From: Tubiluchus corallicola
Taxonomy: Eukaryota; Animalia; Priapulida
DNA length: 64,000 bases
Assembly: GCA_030141605.1 (NCBI GenBank)
Contig: JAQGDQ010000109.1
Location: forward strand, 372,001-436,000
Direction of reading: 5' to 3'
The notes below the pieces were generated by a model that was given only the letters and a program-made list of their open reading frames with translations, did no database searches and was not told where the DNA came from. Shown here piece after piece: positions 50,411 to 64,000 of the stretch (its first letter is position 1; the number at the start of each line of letters is the position of its first letter). The translations under genes and the position numbers were made by a program.

Positions 50411-52960
50411 TTAGGCCACGTGAAAGTGTGAAACAGCTATGTCAACATGTTATGCTCTTACTGGTTGCAACTTCATTGCAGCATTTACTGAGAGGAAAAA
50501 GATAGGCTCTGCCCCCCCCCCGCCATACTGCAAGTGTATGAGGGGGTAACAGAGGTATATGTACCTCTATGAAACATTACTTCAGCTGACTTGCTGAATA
50601 AACTTATGTCTGTGCTTGAATGTTTTGTTGTGTTCTTGTATGACATTACTAGAGCTGAGTTGCTGAGTAAACTCATTTCTGTGCTTGAATATTTTGTTGT
50701 GTTCTTGTATGACATTACTAGAACTGAGTTGCTGAGTAAACTCCTGTCTGTGCTTGAATGTTTTGTTGTGTTCCTGTATGACATTACTAGAGCTGAGTTG
50801 CTGAATAAACTCATGTCTGTGCTTGAATGTTTTGTTGTGTTCTTGTATGACATTACTAGAGCTGAGTTGCTGAATAAACTCATGTCTGTGCTTGAATGTT
50901 TTGTTGTGTTCTTGTATGACATTACTAGAGCTGAGTTGCTGAGTAAACTCATTTCTGTGCTTGAATGTTTTGTTGTGTTCTTGTATGACATTACTAGAGC
51001 TGAGTTGCTGAATAAACTTATGTCTGTGCTTGAATGTTTTGTTGTGTTCCTGTATGACATTACTAGAGCTGAGTTGCTGAGTAAACTCATGTTTGTGCTT
51101 GAATGTTTTGTTGTGTTCTTGTATGACATTACTAGAGCTGAATTGCTGAGTAAACTCATGTTTGTGCTTGAATGTTTTGTTGTGTTCTTGTATGACATTA
51201 CTAGAGCTGAGTTGCTGAGTAAACTCATGTCTGTGCTTGAATGCTTTGTTGTGTTCTTGTATGACATTACTAGAGCTGAGTTGCTGAATAAACTTATGTC
51301 TGTGCTTGAATGTTTGGTTGTGTTCCTGTATGACATTACTAGAGCTGAGTTGCTGAGTAAACTCATGTTTGTGCTTGAATGTTTTGTTGTGTTCTTGTAT
51401 GACATTACTAGAGCTGAGTTGCTGAATAAACTCATGTCTGTGCTTGAATGTTTTGTTGTGTTCTTGTATGACATTACTAGAGCTGAGTTGCCGAGTAAAC
51501 TCATGTCTGTGCTTGAACGTTTTGTTGTCTGTATGACATTACTAGAGCTGAGTTGCTGAATAAACTATGTCTGTGCTTGAATGTTTTGTTGTGTTCTTGT
51601 ATGACATTACTAGAGCTGAGTTGCTGAGTAAACTCATGTTTGTGCTTGAATGTTTTGTTGTGTTCTTGTGTGACATTACTAAAGCTGAGTTGCTGAATAA
51701 ACTCATGTCTGTGCTTGAATGTTTTGTTGTGTTCTTGTATGACATTACTAGAGCTGAGTTGCTGAGTAAACTCATGTTTGTGCTTGAATGTTTTGTTGTG
51801 TTCTTGTATGACATTACTAGAGCTGAGTTGCTGAGTAAACTCATGTCTGTGCTTGAATGTTTTGTTGTGTTCTTGTATGACATTACTAAAGCTGAGTTGC
51901 TGAGTAAACTCATGTCTGTGCTTGAATGTTTTGTTGTGTTCTTGTATGACATTACTAGAGCTGAGTTGCTGAATAAACTTATGTCTGTGCTTGAATGTTT
52001 TGTTGTGTTCTTGTATGACATTACTAGAGCTGAGTTGCTGAGTAAACTCATGTTTGTGCTTGAATGTTTTGTTGTGTTCTTGTATGACATTACTAGAGCT
52101 GAGTTGCTGAATAAACTCATGTCTGTGCTTGAATGTTTTGTTGTGTTCTTGTATGACATTACTAGAGCTGAGTTGCTGAGTAAACTCATGTCTGTGCTTG
52201 AACGTTTTGTTGTCTTGTATGACATTACTAGAGCTGAGTTGCTGAATAAACTTATGTCTGTGCTTGAATGTTTTGTTGTGTTCTTGTATGACATTACTAG
52301 AGCTGAGTTGCTGAGTAAACTCATGTTTGTGCTTGAATGTTTTGTTGTGTTCTTGTGTGACATTACTAAAGCTGAGTTGCTGAATAAACTCATGTCTGTG
52401 CTTGAATGTTTTGTTGTGTTCTTGTATGACATTACTAGAGCTGAGTTGCTGAGTAAACTCATGTTTGTGCTTGAATGTTTTGTTGTGTTCTTGTATGACA
52501 TTACTAGAGCTGAGTTGCTGAGTAAACTCATGTCTGTGCTTGAATGTTTTGTTGTGTTCTTGTATGACATTACTAAAGCTGAGTTGCTGAGTAAACTCAT
52601 GTCGGTGCTTGAATGTTTTGTTGTGTTCCTGTATGACAAAGCTAGCTGACGTCAGTTAATATCAGCAGTTAAGAATTGTTCACAAGGCCTCGTACATCTG
52701 CCGCATTGGTGGAGCATATCAGACGTGTGGTATGTCACGCAGGATACTGATGCGGCCAGGCATTGGTCATTGTCCCAGCTTTACCATCACCATTTGACTT
52801 GGGCTGGAAGAGGTACCCTGAAGTAACATGCGAAACACACTGGATATGAAGGATGTCAAGAACTTGATAAATGTCGTTGCCAGCCAGCCAAAGCGTGCCA
52901 TGGCAGATTCAAATGCGTCCAAACAAATTTTCTGCAACTGTGGTGGTGATGTGAGTGATT
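50411..52960 (+). pseudogene. Disrupted C-terminal part of an Academ-type transposase (XPG-like nuclease plus Cys-rich finger)
   Basis: In order: YALTGCNFIAAFTERKK (H3TH-like HA.TGCD...F...GKK), MSVLE(C/R)FVVFLYD, ELFTRPRTSAALVEHIRRVVCHAGY*CGQAL...LPSPFDLGWK, GCQELDKCRCQPAKACHGRFKC...CNCGG. Stops and frameshifts are present. Confidence 0.72.
50574..52638. repeat. 69-bp tandem repeat (about 30 copies) with 4-mer and 10-mer higher-order structure
   Basis: Unit TGACATTACTAGAGCTGAGTTGCTGAGTAAACTCATGTCTGTGCTTGAATGTTTTGTTGTGTTCTTGTA recurs every 69 bp (e.g. 50641, 50710). Confidence 0.98.
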
Positions 52961-53063
52961 TAGAAGTAGTTATCTTAATACCAGGATATAGAAATTCTGT
53001 CTTGAGAGACGCTACACTGAATGTGTGCTAGGCACGCGTAATATAGTTAACGCTCAATGTGGA

Positions 53064-53166
<103 letters not shown>

Positions 53167-53929
53167 TAAATACTTGAGCTTTAAAAGTTATGTCTAGATC
53201 ACAGTACTGCATGCACTATAGTTAATGCATGTATTACACAAGCGCCAGCTGTCATGGAGGTTATTAACCATTAAATTGGAAGTTATTAACCTTAAAATCG
53301 CCCAAATCGCCATTCAGAAGTCAGAATCATAATCTTGTGCTCTAACCGCTAAGATATGACCTTTATATACTAGCGACTTTATATTCTAAAATGGCGGCCA
53401 TTCTGGAGAATTTTCGACTAGCCACAATTTTAATTTCAATTAAAATCATTTTGAAGGGTTCTAGACTGTGCAAAGTTTCACGACTTTCAGACAAAATGAG
53501 CAATTCTTTCATCACTCTGCAGTACTACATGTCGGGGACCCTGTGACCATTTTTTTGCTTATTGGACTGTTTCAGGTTCCTGCATTTTTTTCTGGGGTTA
53601 ATAACATCTTTTAGATTCAACAACGTTCAATTGATAAAAATAACTAATTTTTCTTTTGATAATAAATCTTTAAGTGAAAAGCTAATATAGTTGTATAATC
53701 GGCATAATTTTGTTTATGTAGCGCCATTGTGAAATAAAAGAACAGAAACCCATTCCTTATGTCAAACTATACTGGAAGAGATATCATAATCGACTCAACG
53801 CTAATCGACTTTCTGGGAATTTCTTTTGATTTATAATGTTTGCACAAAAACTTTTCAGCCATTTTGTTTGCTGTGTTTTGACTATTTTCGGGTAATTTTT
53901 TAGGCTGGCAACAGTTTTTAAGGAATAAG

Positions 53930-54339
53930 CTGTAGCGGATAACCCTATAGGCTGAATAGGCTGAAGCCTAAAGCCCGGGATCAAAAGGGCCCGGCAAAAT
54001 AAAACGAAAAAAAATTTTTTTGTAAAAAAAATAATAAATTGACAAAAGAGCAAGGGACCCGAGTTTCTGAGTTTCAGAGTTTCTGATTGGCTTATTTTAG
54101 TTGACATCTAACCCATAAACTCACCAAGCTGTAATCGTGTTTATATAGTCCTAGTCCACAACTCAAGGATCACGAAGATATAATTTTTATCACAATCGGT
54201 GGGCAAAAACTCACAAAATTAAACAAACTTACAAACGACGAGAGCTCCACAAAAACACGTCAGCTCAGCAGTGTAGTAACATTTAAAAGGCCCGTTCCAA
54301 GCTCAAGCCTAAGGCCCATAAAATCATAATCCGCCACTG
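53930..54339. mobile_element. hAT-type MITE with 8-bp TSD
   Basis: TIRs CTGTAGCGGAT / ATCCGCCACTG; perfect TSD GGAATAAG at 53922-53929 and 54340-54347. Confidence 0.88.
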
Positions 54340-55519
54340 GGAATAAGCATATTGAAATTAATTAGCTATGCTGCCTGCTTTTAGAAAAAATGCCCTTAGA
54401 ACTTTATAGAACCAATCACTTTTCCGGATTTTCTTCTAATCTAATAAAATTAAGGAGTCATTCAGAACTGCAAACCGATCAGCAGTCAAAAAGTTCTAGT
54501 TTCAATTTCAGAGATGTCATGATCATTCTTCTTTCAGAATGATACGTGCACAAGCATGTTAGTATGGAATTCCAAGAGGACAAATCGACAAAACAGAAGG
54601 AATTAAAACTGAACTAAATAACACAAATACCACATAAAGAACTCAAATCTAAAATTGAACAAGGCAATGAACAAACCAATAACGAAATGAAGGAATCGAT
54701 AAAACAGTAGAGAAAAAATCAAAACAGCTGCTGTTATGTGGTATTTTTGAACAATATTTCGAAAGCGGCATTTTCTTTTTTTGTGAACTAATTAATGCAG
54801 TTAATTAACGAAGTTGCATTTTTTTTAAATGACATTGTGATGTTAGTAATCTCACACTTCGGGTAGAACTCCGATGAGAACTAGGCCTAATTAGTGAGGT
54901 AATTAAAGTGTTTGGCTAATAGTCTTTGGTTGATGTTACTTGCAGTTTCTTAGCCCATTTTTTCCATTGTCGCCTTTTAATAGCAATAAATTTTGTTCTC
55001 ATTCTATTTGTAACTATTGTTATCATTTGTTACCATCTGACTGCTAATGTTTTTACACTATTTTGGAAACTGCTGGGTTTTTATTGATTAAATGCAAGTG
55101 CTCAAACTTGAATTCAATGAAGTCAATGAAAACAGTGAAAACAACAAGTGGGGTTATCTATGCTTTACCATACTGTGTAGGATGTTCCTGCATTATTGAT
55201 GCTATTTATATCCTATTTATTGTTGCTTAAGCTGACCTCAGTACGTAAATGTACTATATTTATCAGCCTGTTACCTTCGTTAAACGAGCAAAAAGTAATA
55301 AACAAACTGTAATTAACAAACACTATGTAAAATGTTTGCACATATTGCATTAGGTTAGCAAAGTATTTATTAGTAAAATCTGTTGCGAGGATTTCGCTGT
55401 TAACAAAAATGATCCACAATGTCGTGTAGCTCAGTTTCTCCTCTTTCTAAAGAGCTATAAATCTTTATCCAGATCCAGACCTTTCAAGGAGTGCCACATT
55501 TTATGTACATAGTGTATCG

Positions 55520-55778
55520 TCCACTTCGTTCACTTCTGTTTTGTCTTCTTCACTTCTGCTTTGCCTTGCTCACTTCAGTTTTGTCCCATTCACTTCTGTT
55601 TTGCCCCATTCACTTTTGTTTTGCCTCGGTCAGTTATTTTTTGACTTGGTCATTTCTGTTTTGTCTTGTTCATTTGTTTCGTTCATTTCTCTGTTTGTTT
55701 CCTTCATTACGTTATTGTCTTGTTCGTTTCATATTTGATTCCTTTATTTCCTATTTGTGCTGTTTTGTTCTGTTTTAA
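55520..55778. repeat. Low-complexity degenerate (TTCTGTTTTG-like) repeat
   Basis: Repeated CACTTCTGTTTTG-type motifs. Confidence 0.7.
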
Positions 55779-58700
55779 TCCTTGAAAAAATGACTTATAG
55801 CACCGTCCTGATCAAGTAACCAACATGAGTCGCGCACCGATAAATTACTTATGGCCGTCAAGGTTGTGAATATCAGCAGCAGCGTTTTCTTTACTCAAAG
55901 TCAAATGTTGTTTCGCGCGATTTTATCGGTTTTTAAATATTTTTCTGCTTCTTCCTTGACTGGTGTTTATTATTCCTGCCACTCCTTACACAAAACCTCA
56001 TTCGATGTTCCATTTTGCACTCCGCTAGTAGTGCTTCTGACTGTTGATTTCATGTTTTTGCTACTGCTTCATCTCAATCATATGATGAGAACAATGTCCG
56101 TGCCCAATCCTTGTTTATTGTAAAAAAGACGGAAGGTCGGCCCTTTTTGCAATATAACTACGCGAACGTACAAGGAAGGAAAGACTATAAAACGCATCTT
56201 TATGCTTTTGAAGTCCATGAAGGGCCACCACTGGTGGTTCTGTGACAAAGTGCTGTGTATTTTCAAAAATTTGAATTTTAAATCACCGCCTTGCTACTTT
56301 GCGCAAATATATTGCGAAAAGCAAACATCGGGCTGCCTGTTTTGGCGAAACAACTGAAATCGGGTAACTAATTCTAAGAAAACTCAAAGCAACAATGTTT
56401 GTTTTAGCATCTTTTTACACAGCTTACACGTCTACGATAATTACGTAACAAAGGACAACAATGGCTGTGATCGTCACTTTGCGGAAAACAATTAATCAGG
56501 CGCAATTTTTCTACCCGCATCTGGGCATCATTGTGTTTAATTTAAGAACAACTGCAAGTTGCTTATGTTATTTACCACTGCCCGCTGATTTAACTTTAGC
56601 TCACGTGGCTATCACGAGCTAGTCTGATTCAAAGGCTGGAGAAATTTTCATGCACAGAAGCCAAGCCCAGCGCTCTTACTCAAACCTACACATTCCGATT
56701 CTTACAGCTAATGACTCTATGAATGATGGCAAGTCTGTAGAGTAAGGCTGTACTTGTAATGAATGAATTCGCTATATAAACGCCGCCTGCCGGAAACAAA
56801 CGCTATTCCGAAGAGATGTACAAATCTCATCGTAATAATAATTATCGCCGGCATGTACGCTAACTTCACTTAGCGTTCTTGTTATTAGACTGACATCTAG
56901 TTCTGCTTGCACGGCCATTAATAGATTTCATCATAGTCCAGATAACTTGATCTGGAAGCTTGCCATTAATCAAGTAGCTATTTAGCAAACTGCGATTTCG
57001 GGATTTTAACACCTGCTTTGCATGTACGAGAACACTATAGCTGTGCATGGAGAAATTCATTCTGATAGATTTTGCTAAAAGTTGGGTAAAAGCATTTAGT
57101 TATTATAAAATGAAAAGTCACAACCACATTGTTTTAGATACAACAGAAATTGTTTAATTTATGAAAACAATTAATTAAAATTTGACTGTTTACACAGCAA
57201 TTATAAGAATGCCTGTTTACTTAAACACTTGAATGTACAACAACAAAAAGTATGATTACAGTAATTGATAGAAATAAGGATATTTTAAAGACATGTTTTT
57301 AATTATAGCCCACCTTGTAATTTCTAACTAATGAATTAGACTAAAAGGTGACTCCATACATATTTGCACGCACATGTTCAGCTGTGGGTTTAAAGTATCT
57401 CTTTTCGCCACAGATTTCGCCCCTCTGCTATGCCCCAGGTGCTTTGCCTTTCATATTTAATCTATTAAAATCTTTCAGCATTACCTGAAAATGTTTGACC
57501 ACGTGGACCAGGAGACTTTTTAACATTTTTAAAAAATCCCAAAAAGCTTTTTTCGATGGCGAATTTTCTGGATCCACTGAAGCCATCTTTTCTTGATAAT
57601 TTTGGCCCTGGTTCTTTAGCTAGGTTCTGATTTGTTTAGCAATTTTATGCACAAAGCTCTCTATATTATGATCGAAGCTGAAATTTGTTATTCGTTGCAT
57701 TACTACAGCAGTTTGCAGAGTTCAAATTTACATAGAAATGCAAATTCAGCTGACGCAGAAAATATTTTCACTTTAGTGCCGATATTCTTTGTAAATTAAT
57801 TCAGAATTCACCACCATGAACATGAATTTGAACATGCATCTAAAGCTAGTATTTTTCAGTCTCTTAATTACAGTTTTCCAGTGTTTCAATGCTTCATTTC
57901 ATTTTGTTTCCGTTTTACAGGATTCTCTTCTGCTTTGCTATTGTTTTGGCCAACAATAATTTGTCCTGAACTAATTCAGTTTTGGTAAACAGCTTCCGTT
58001 TTCCTTTTCGGTATTCGCATGTGCCGCCTGCCGAAGAAAAGTAGAAACATTCCTAATACTTTCCTTAGAATAGAAAACAAGACGAGAGGTCATAAATTTT
58101 TTAGAAGTCCACCTAATTTGCCAGGTTTTGGACAAGTGACTAATATTCGTTGTTGCAACTCTTTTACAAATATCCAGGTTTAGCTTACTGATTTCAAAAT
58201 CTTTGCTATGTGGCTCATGGAGTTTGTAGGTGCGGCATTTTACAAGTTTCGTGCAGTCGACACTAGCGCTTTCGTTGCTTTTATTGCATTTCTTATTTCA
58301 GCTTTAATGGACGGAATGGACGGTTTTACTATGCTGCGAGATTTGTTAGCAGAACTGTTTGTTCTAAATTTTCACAAACATTTTTCATTGAAATCATTTA
58401 GAATTTTTTTCTCTCTGTTTAACTGAGTCAGTAATTAGGTCCTGTCGATTTTTGATAAGCGAGTGTTTTTTGAAACGTAAATTCTGGAAGGTTCTGCGAT
58501 GTTCAAATGGCTTGCTGAAGCATCTTTGGTTTTTTTCTACTTCTTCCACGAGTTTTGCTTCTTCTATTTTATGCATGAATATATACACTTTGTGTTTTAT
58601 CTTTGAGAAGTCCCTATTTCAATAAATACAATTCTTATCAAAGCAAACCTTATTCCACGATGCTGACAGTATAATAGTATTACAATAGTAATCAATACAG

Positions 58701-58837
58701 TATTCTCATATAAGCAACCAATATTGAATAAACATTAACAAGAGTAAGGCAAAGACGGTGTCGCCCAGTTACTAAATACAATACAGTTGTACCTCTCATT
58801 AGTAACGGTCAGCACTTTAAAGGGAAGAAAGGGAAAT

Positions 58838-59253
58838 TATAAAGTATGTCTAAAATTTCCATGTAAGGTTATATTATTTTGCATTATACTTACCTGTTTG
58901 AAAGACACAAGTAAGTGACAGAGAAAATTGTTAATAATTTAACAGTTTCGCGCCAGCCAAAACGTCACCATTCAGTGCTGGGACCTGTCACTTGTCAGGG
59001 CTGCCTCTTAGAATCCAATCAATCGTTTGTTCTTCGACTTTCTGCAGGGAAGCTGAAGAACCAACGATTGATAGGATTCTACGAGGCAGCCCCGAGAAGT
59101 GACAGGTCCCAGCACTGAATGGTGACGTTTTGGCTGGCGCGAAACTGTTAAATTATTAACAACTTTCTCTGTCACTTGCTTGTGTCTTTCAAACACGTAA
59201 GTATAATGCAAAATAATATAACTTTGCATGGAAATTTTTAGACATACTTTATA
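58838..59253. mobile_element. Foldback element / long palindrome (arms about 205 bp, no spacer)
   Basis: Arms are reverse complements around a central CTGCAG (59042-59047), with about a dozen mismatches by eye. TA at both ends. Confidence 0.9.
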
Positions 59254-62200
59254 TACTTTCTATGTATAAAAGTTTCATTCTTATTTGAACATATTCTTCT
59301 AAAGTTTCACTTGCTGTGTTTGTGTTGTAAATTTCTTCTTTATTTGGTTCTCTAAAGATCTAGTCGGCAAATTACAGAGGGCCTCCGACGTTGCCTAGAT
59401 CTGATTAATAGGTTAATCGGTTAACGGTTAACCGATAAAAAATTAACCGGATAACCGATAAAGTGGACAATAATTAGTAATTACTAATGATAGACTTTCA
59501 CTGTCTATATTCATATTTGGTAACTTTACTGCTTTGGTATTTTGGTAATTTGTGAACGCTGTGATCATTCTGTTCTATCATTTGAACGGCTATTGTAATT
59601 GTGGCATTACTAAAGACGTCTTTGAATAAACTTTATCAATAATTTATCGCAAGGGAATTGTCCAATAACACGGCCTCTTCACAGCCTGACAAGTGACTTT
59701 GAAATAAACAGAACGCTTGCCGGGCTGAATCTAAGAGTAATGAATCTCAATCTACAGGAGCCAGCGTTTGCAATGAATAACGAAAGTTTCGACACTGAAA
59801 ATTTAATAAGAACGTACTCTAGTGGTCCAGTCAGTGATCACAATGGAACAACAGCTTTAATAACCAACCGCAGTCTCCATATGGCAAAATCGCTATCATA
59901 AAATCACTAGTCTTTTTCCAATACACAGACACACAATAGAGGCATGCTGCAGAAATTTCTGTGACAAACACAAGAAGTGTATTAATAAGAAATGTACATA
60001 GTACATGTACTGCTTTGATGCTGACAATGTTGGAGCACGATTCAGTCACCTGGACCTTGAGTTCTTCCCCGCTTGCGTATTTGGTGAAAAAAGAAATTCC
60101 CGGCGGCAGCAAGTTGCAGCCAAAACTCAATAGCACTCCTCATGACTGTAAAGGGCTAAAAACGAAAAGCGAACCAAGATGACAACATTCTGTTAGGGTT
60201 TGTTCACTTGCTGTGACCAGCATATAATGGAAGGGCATACGTATGCACAGTCCCATTACTGCACAAGCAAGCTAAGCCATAGCTTAGATCCCACGCACTT
60301 ATGGCCCTCCAGCTACATCTTAGTACTAAACTGTAGATTAACTTGTTCATAAAACAATTTTGATAAGGGGGCTAGGAATTCACATGTATTTAATTTTAAT
60401 TAATGACCAATGGACAAAGGAGTGTCTCCAAAATGAAATAGGGAAAGAATCCTGTGCAGAATGACAATGGCACAAGAACAACAAACAAACTAGCATCAAA
60501 GCAGTTGAAATTCTGATATCACATTTAAAAGATGTGAAAAAGAGGGAATGCGCACTTTTTAATTTAAATCTTTACTTCAGCATTGCTTCCATATAAAGCT
60601 GCAGTTAAAAACCAACCTTAAAAAACCGAATAAGAGATATGCCACTATACAAAAATTAGTAAAACACTGTTATATACAACACACACAATCACTCCTCCCC
60701 TACAGACATTTCATTCACATTTGCATTATATACAGCAAAGTATCAGTAATTTAAAAGTAAAAATGTGCACATTTGAAATGCGAAAATTTATAATTAATTT
60801 AGTGATATCTTGGAGAAGATGTTTCCAAGAGATTGCACAAAGCAATTAAATTTTAATCGAATCATACTTATTTGACTGTATTATTTTTTCGTTTTGAAAA
60901 CACCACTGAGGCTATCCAAAATCTTAATCTGACTACCGCATCAACACGATATTACAGGTTTTGTTGACTTTGCAAAACGTGACATCTATAAACTAAAAGT
61001 GACGCGTTGCAATTTCATGATTCTAGAATTCGATTTCGGAAACTTTTCAAACGTTACTAATCAAATCAACCAATCTAAATTATTGCTGTCAATCACAGAC
61101 AACACCATTCATGCTAAAACTGAAATTTTCTCAAAAAACTTCCATTTGTTCAATAATTACCACTGTTTGAGGGGAAACTTTCGGCCAAGCTTATACTAGT
61201 TTTACTATTTTAAGTAGTAAACGCTAATTAGTCATAAAAACTAACGTGGAGTGATTTCGAAAGAGCACAAATAATGAAATTTTAGATGAATTACAGCCAG
61301 GTAGCACGTTAAATACAGTCATCGTAAATTCTTAGTTACTCAGTAATAAAATTTTTGCTTAAGGCTTAATTCAAAAAATCTTCAAACACAGGGAATACAG
61401 TTCCGACTGAGGCTCTGCTCCGGATCCTGTAAGGGGACCCTTGCAGCACTCTACCGGCAGCTTCTCAGGCTCTCAGCGCGGACTAAACGTGTTTTTAGTG
61501 CATTTCATGCTACTAAAATAATTATATTGAAAACAGTTACGGAATCCACAAAAAGTTTTAACAGCGTGTTACATTGGCTTAATTACTAAAACACTATGTG
61601 GATGACGGTACGTATTTGAAGTTTCTCATTACCTGCATAGTGCTCAGCTCTTGTAATTTCGCTGCCCACTACTTCGCCGCCTTAGCACCCGCAACGAGGA
61701 GCTTTATGAGCTCTCCGTGTGGTATTTTCAATTCCGACTTCTTATAAAGCTTCTATTTATTTCGTGTCATGTTCGTTAAGCTCGGGGAACGGTGCTTTTA
61801 CTCAATTTCAACATGTTTGTTGATAAAGGTGGGATATTAAATATTTTGTCAGAAAACGAGTTGATGACTATCGCTCGGAATGCCTACAGAGTACATTAAC
61901 GAACAATATTACCAAAGTGCATTCAAAGTTTAGGGGTGACGCCGTAAAAGTGACAGGTATTTTCTTATAAAAAGGGAACGGAGCATGTAGATGAGGAAAA
62001 GAAAAACAAGCCATATGGCTAATCATTGAGCGTGCTGGGCACCAAATTTGCAAAAATCTGCACTTTCAGCATACCGAAATAATTTTAGTAATGCCACAAA
62101 CACATTTTTGGCTGAAGTCTACATGACCTACTATATCTTCAGTTCTTTCATCTGTGTATCTGCCCTTTTTAATTCTGCCTTTTCTCGAAATTACTTTTTC

Positions 62201-64000
62201 TTTTGAAAGCTCTCATAGACTACATTTTTGTATTGGTAATATTTTTTGCTTAAAATCATTTGAAAGCCAACCCCCTCACTTTAAGCGGATTTTAAGGGTC
62301 ACTTGAACTAAACGCCCCTAAAAGAGAATTTACTGAACTAGTTTACTTGGTCGGCAGACACCACTTTCAGCCTTCTTGCGAGAAATACTCGGCCAAGGAT
62401 GGCAGCGAATTGCTAACACCAACGATTCAGGTTTTTTTAAAGAACCGAACGAATTTACTACCACTTTCCCAAACCAGGATTGCGTACAATTACGAATGCC
62501 ACATACTGACTTTCTCATCTGACCAGCGAGCGCGGCTTAGTAAAAAGCAAGTTAAGCAACCTCGTGAACAAACAACTATTGATCCAGGATACCTCCCAGA
62601 GGAGTAATGGAAGTCAGTGCAAACCATTTCGTGCTCTTGTAATAAGGACGTCTATACTTGTAATGGTAATTTAAGGGAAATAGTAAATGTCATCAATCGC
62701 ATGTGCATGCGCAGTCTATTACAACTAAATAGCATTTGAGCGCGCTGAAACAAATAATTACAGACACTGGACCTTTTCTGCATAAAAAGTTCGTTGGGTA
62801 TTTTTTACATTTGGTGACAAATAAATTACCCTGGAATTTCTCAGCACTCGGCACATATACCATAGTAGTGCAGAGCTCATCCGTCAATTAAACTAGCTAA
62901 AGTCGTGTAGGTTACCCAGGCAGTTTAATCTGACTTTGTAACAAAAATTAATTATGTAATTACTTTCATCAGCAAAAACGGCAAAATACTGATGAAACTT
63001 TTTACATAATTAGGTTGTTTTTCGCAAGCCATAATTTTAATTTTAATGAGTGTAAACAGATCCAGAGACACCATCGTTGTTTGTGGTTTCGTTGTTCTGC
63101 AACAGCAAAAGACCTACGTGTATTTTTTGTCCGTGCAAATTATTGACAAGCTGCATTGGTAAGCATGCACTGCGCATGTGCAATTTATATTCATGGGCCA
63201 ATTTAGAAAATAAAGCTGACTTATAATTTACATTAATAACACGTTGAACAAGCATTCACTTTTACTTCGGCGAGATCAAAAGATTCATTGTCTCCCGGTA
63301 GCAGGTGCTGCGTAACGGCAAATTAATTAGTTTCTCAAGTTTACTTTACTATCGCATAACTCCCTGCCGAATGCGTGAAAATTTCTTGTGCAAATTCTAA
63401 GAAGAAAAATTGGGCCCGCCTGAATACCAAACATAACAGAAAACAAATTAAACTCTCAAATGCTATAAAATAAATAAATGCGTACTCGCAACACCGTTTT
63501 ACGACGCGAAGTAGCTCTGCCTTTTCCCATAAAACCGGGAAGGAAAAACAACAAAGATTCGAAACTATTTGATGCGACACAGAAGATTTTAAATGCGCAA
63601 ACATTGCATTACTTGCCAGTGATATTTATGAGAGAAGTGGGTTTTACAACGACTTATTAAACTATAATAAGAATCCCACACATGCTGCTAATTTAACAAA
63701 TTCAACATTACTTTGAAAGACAGCAAAAAATTGTGGGTATCAGATCACATTGCAATTCGTAGAAATTTTCTAACTGAATTCAAGCTACAGCGTTCACACA
63801 ACCTATATAATAAATACGACACAAATGCTGTTCAATTTTTAGTGCATTCTGTAATGTTTGCCACGCTGTTCAGTTAGGCCAGCAAGTCAGCATTAATAAC
63901 CTTTAATAATAAATTGCCAGCTAATTAAAAGCCGTTTAAATACGGAGGGGCGCTTTTCTGTGATGATAATAGAATGACAGCAAAACTGCTACCGTCGAGC

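Noticed and set aside
50485-52649. Four long ORFs (322-365 aa) on both strands, or a possible CRISPR array
   Set aside because: They are artefacts of a stop-free 69-bp tandem repeat. There are no unique spacers, the context is eukaryotic and the flanking transposase frame is disrupted.
60230-60275. Possible EGF1 N-terminal exon (CLCSNG...|GTATG)
   Set aside because: Cys spacing does not fit an EGF domain and there is no convincing acceptor.

Overview
AT-rich invertebrate animal genomic DNA; the repeat families look lophotrochozoan-like, which is an inference. One large minus-strand gene dominates the window. I assembled 25 phase-consistent exons between 48525 and 50 (about 3.04 kb, about 1010 aa). 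They encode an adhesion GPCR with the architecture EGF-EGF-SEA-Ig-Ig-HRM-GAIN/GPS-7TM. The 5' exons (signal peptide, start of EGF1) were not found, and the C-tail lies left of the window. Both autoproteolysis motifs (SEA and GPS) lack their nucleophile, and the TM6 toggle Trp is absent. The introns hold many mobile-element remnants. The most notable is an Academ-like DNA transposon derivative (49937-53527) in which a 69-bp in-frame piece of the transposase/XPG coding sequence has amplified into a satellite of about 30 copies with higher-order repeats. Other intronic features are an apparently intact minimal hammerhead ribozyme in sense orientation (20382-20422), a 416-bp spacerless foldback, MITEs (one with a perfect 8-bp TSD), a tRNA-derived SINE, LINE fragments and microsatellites. 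All calls come from manual reading; no searches were run.
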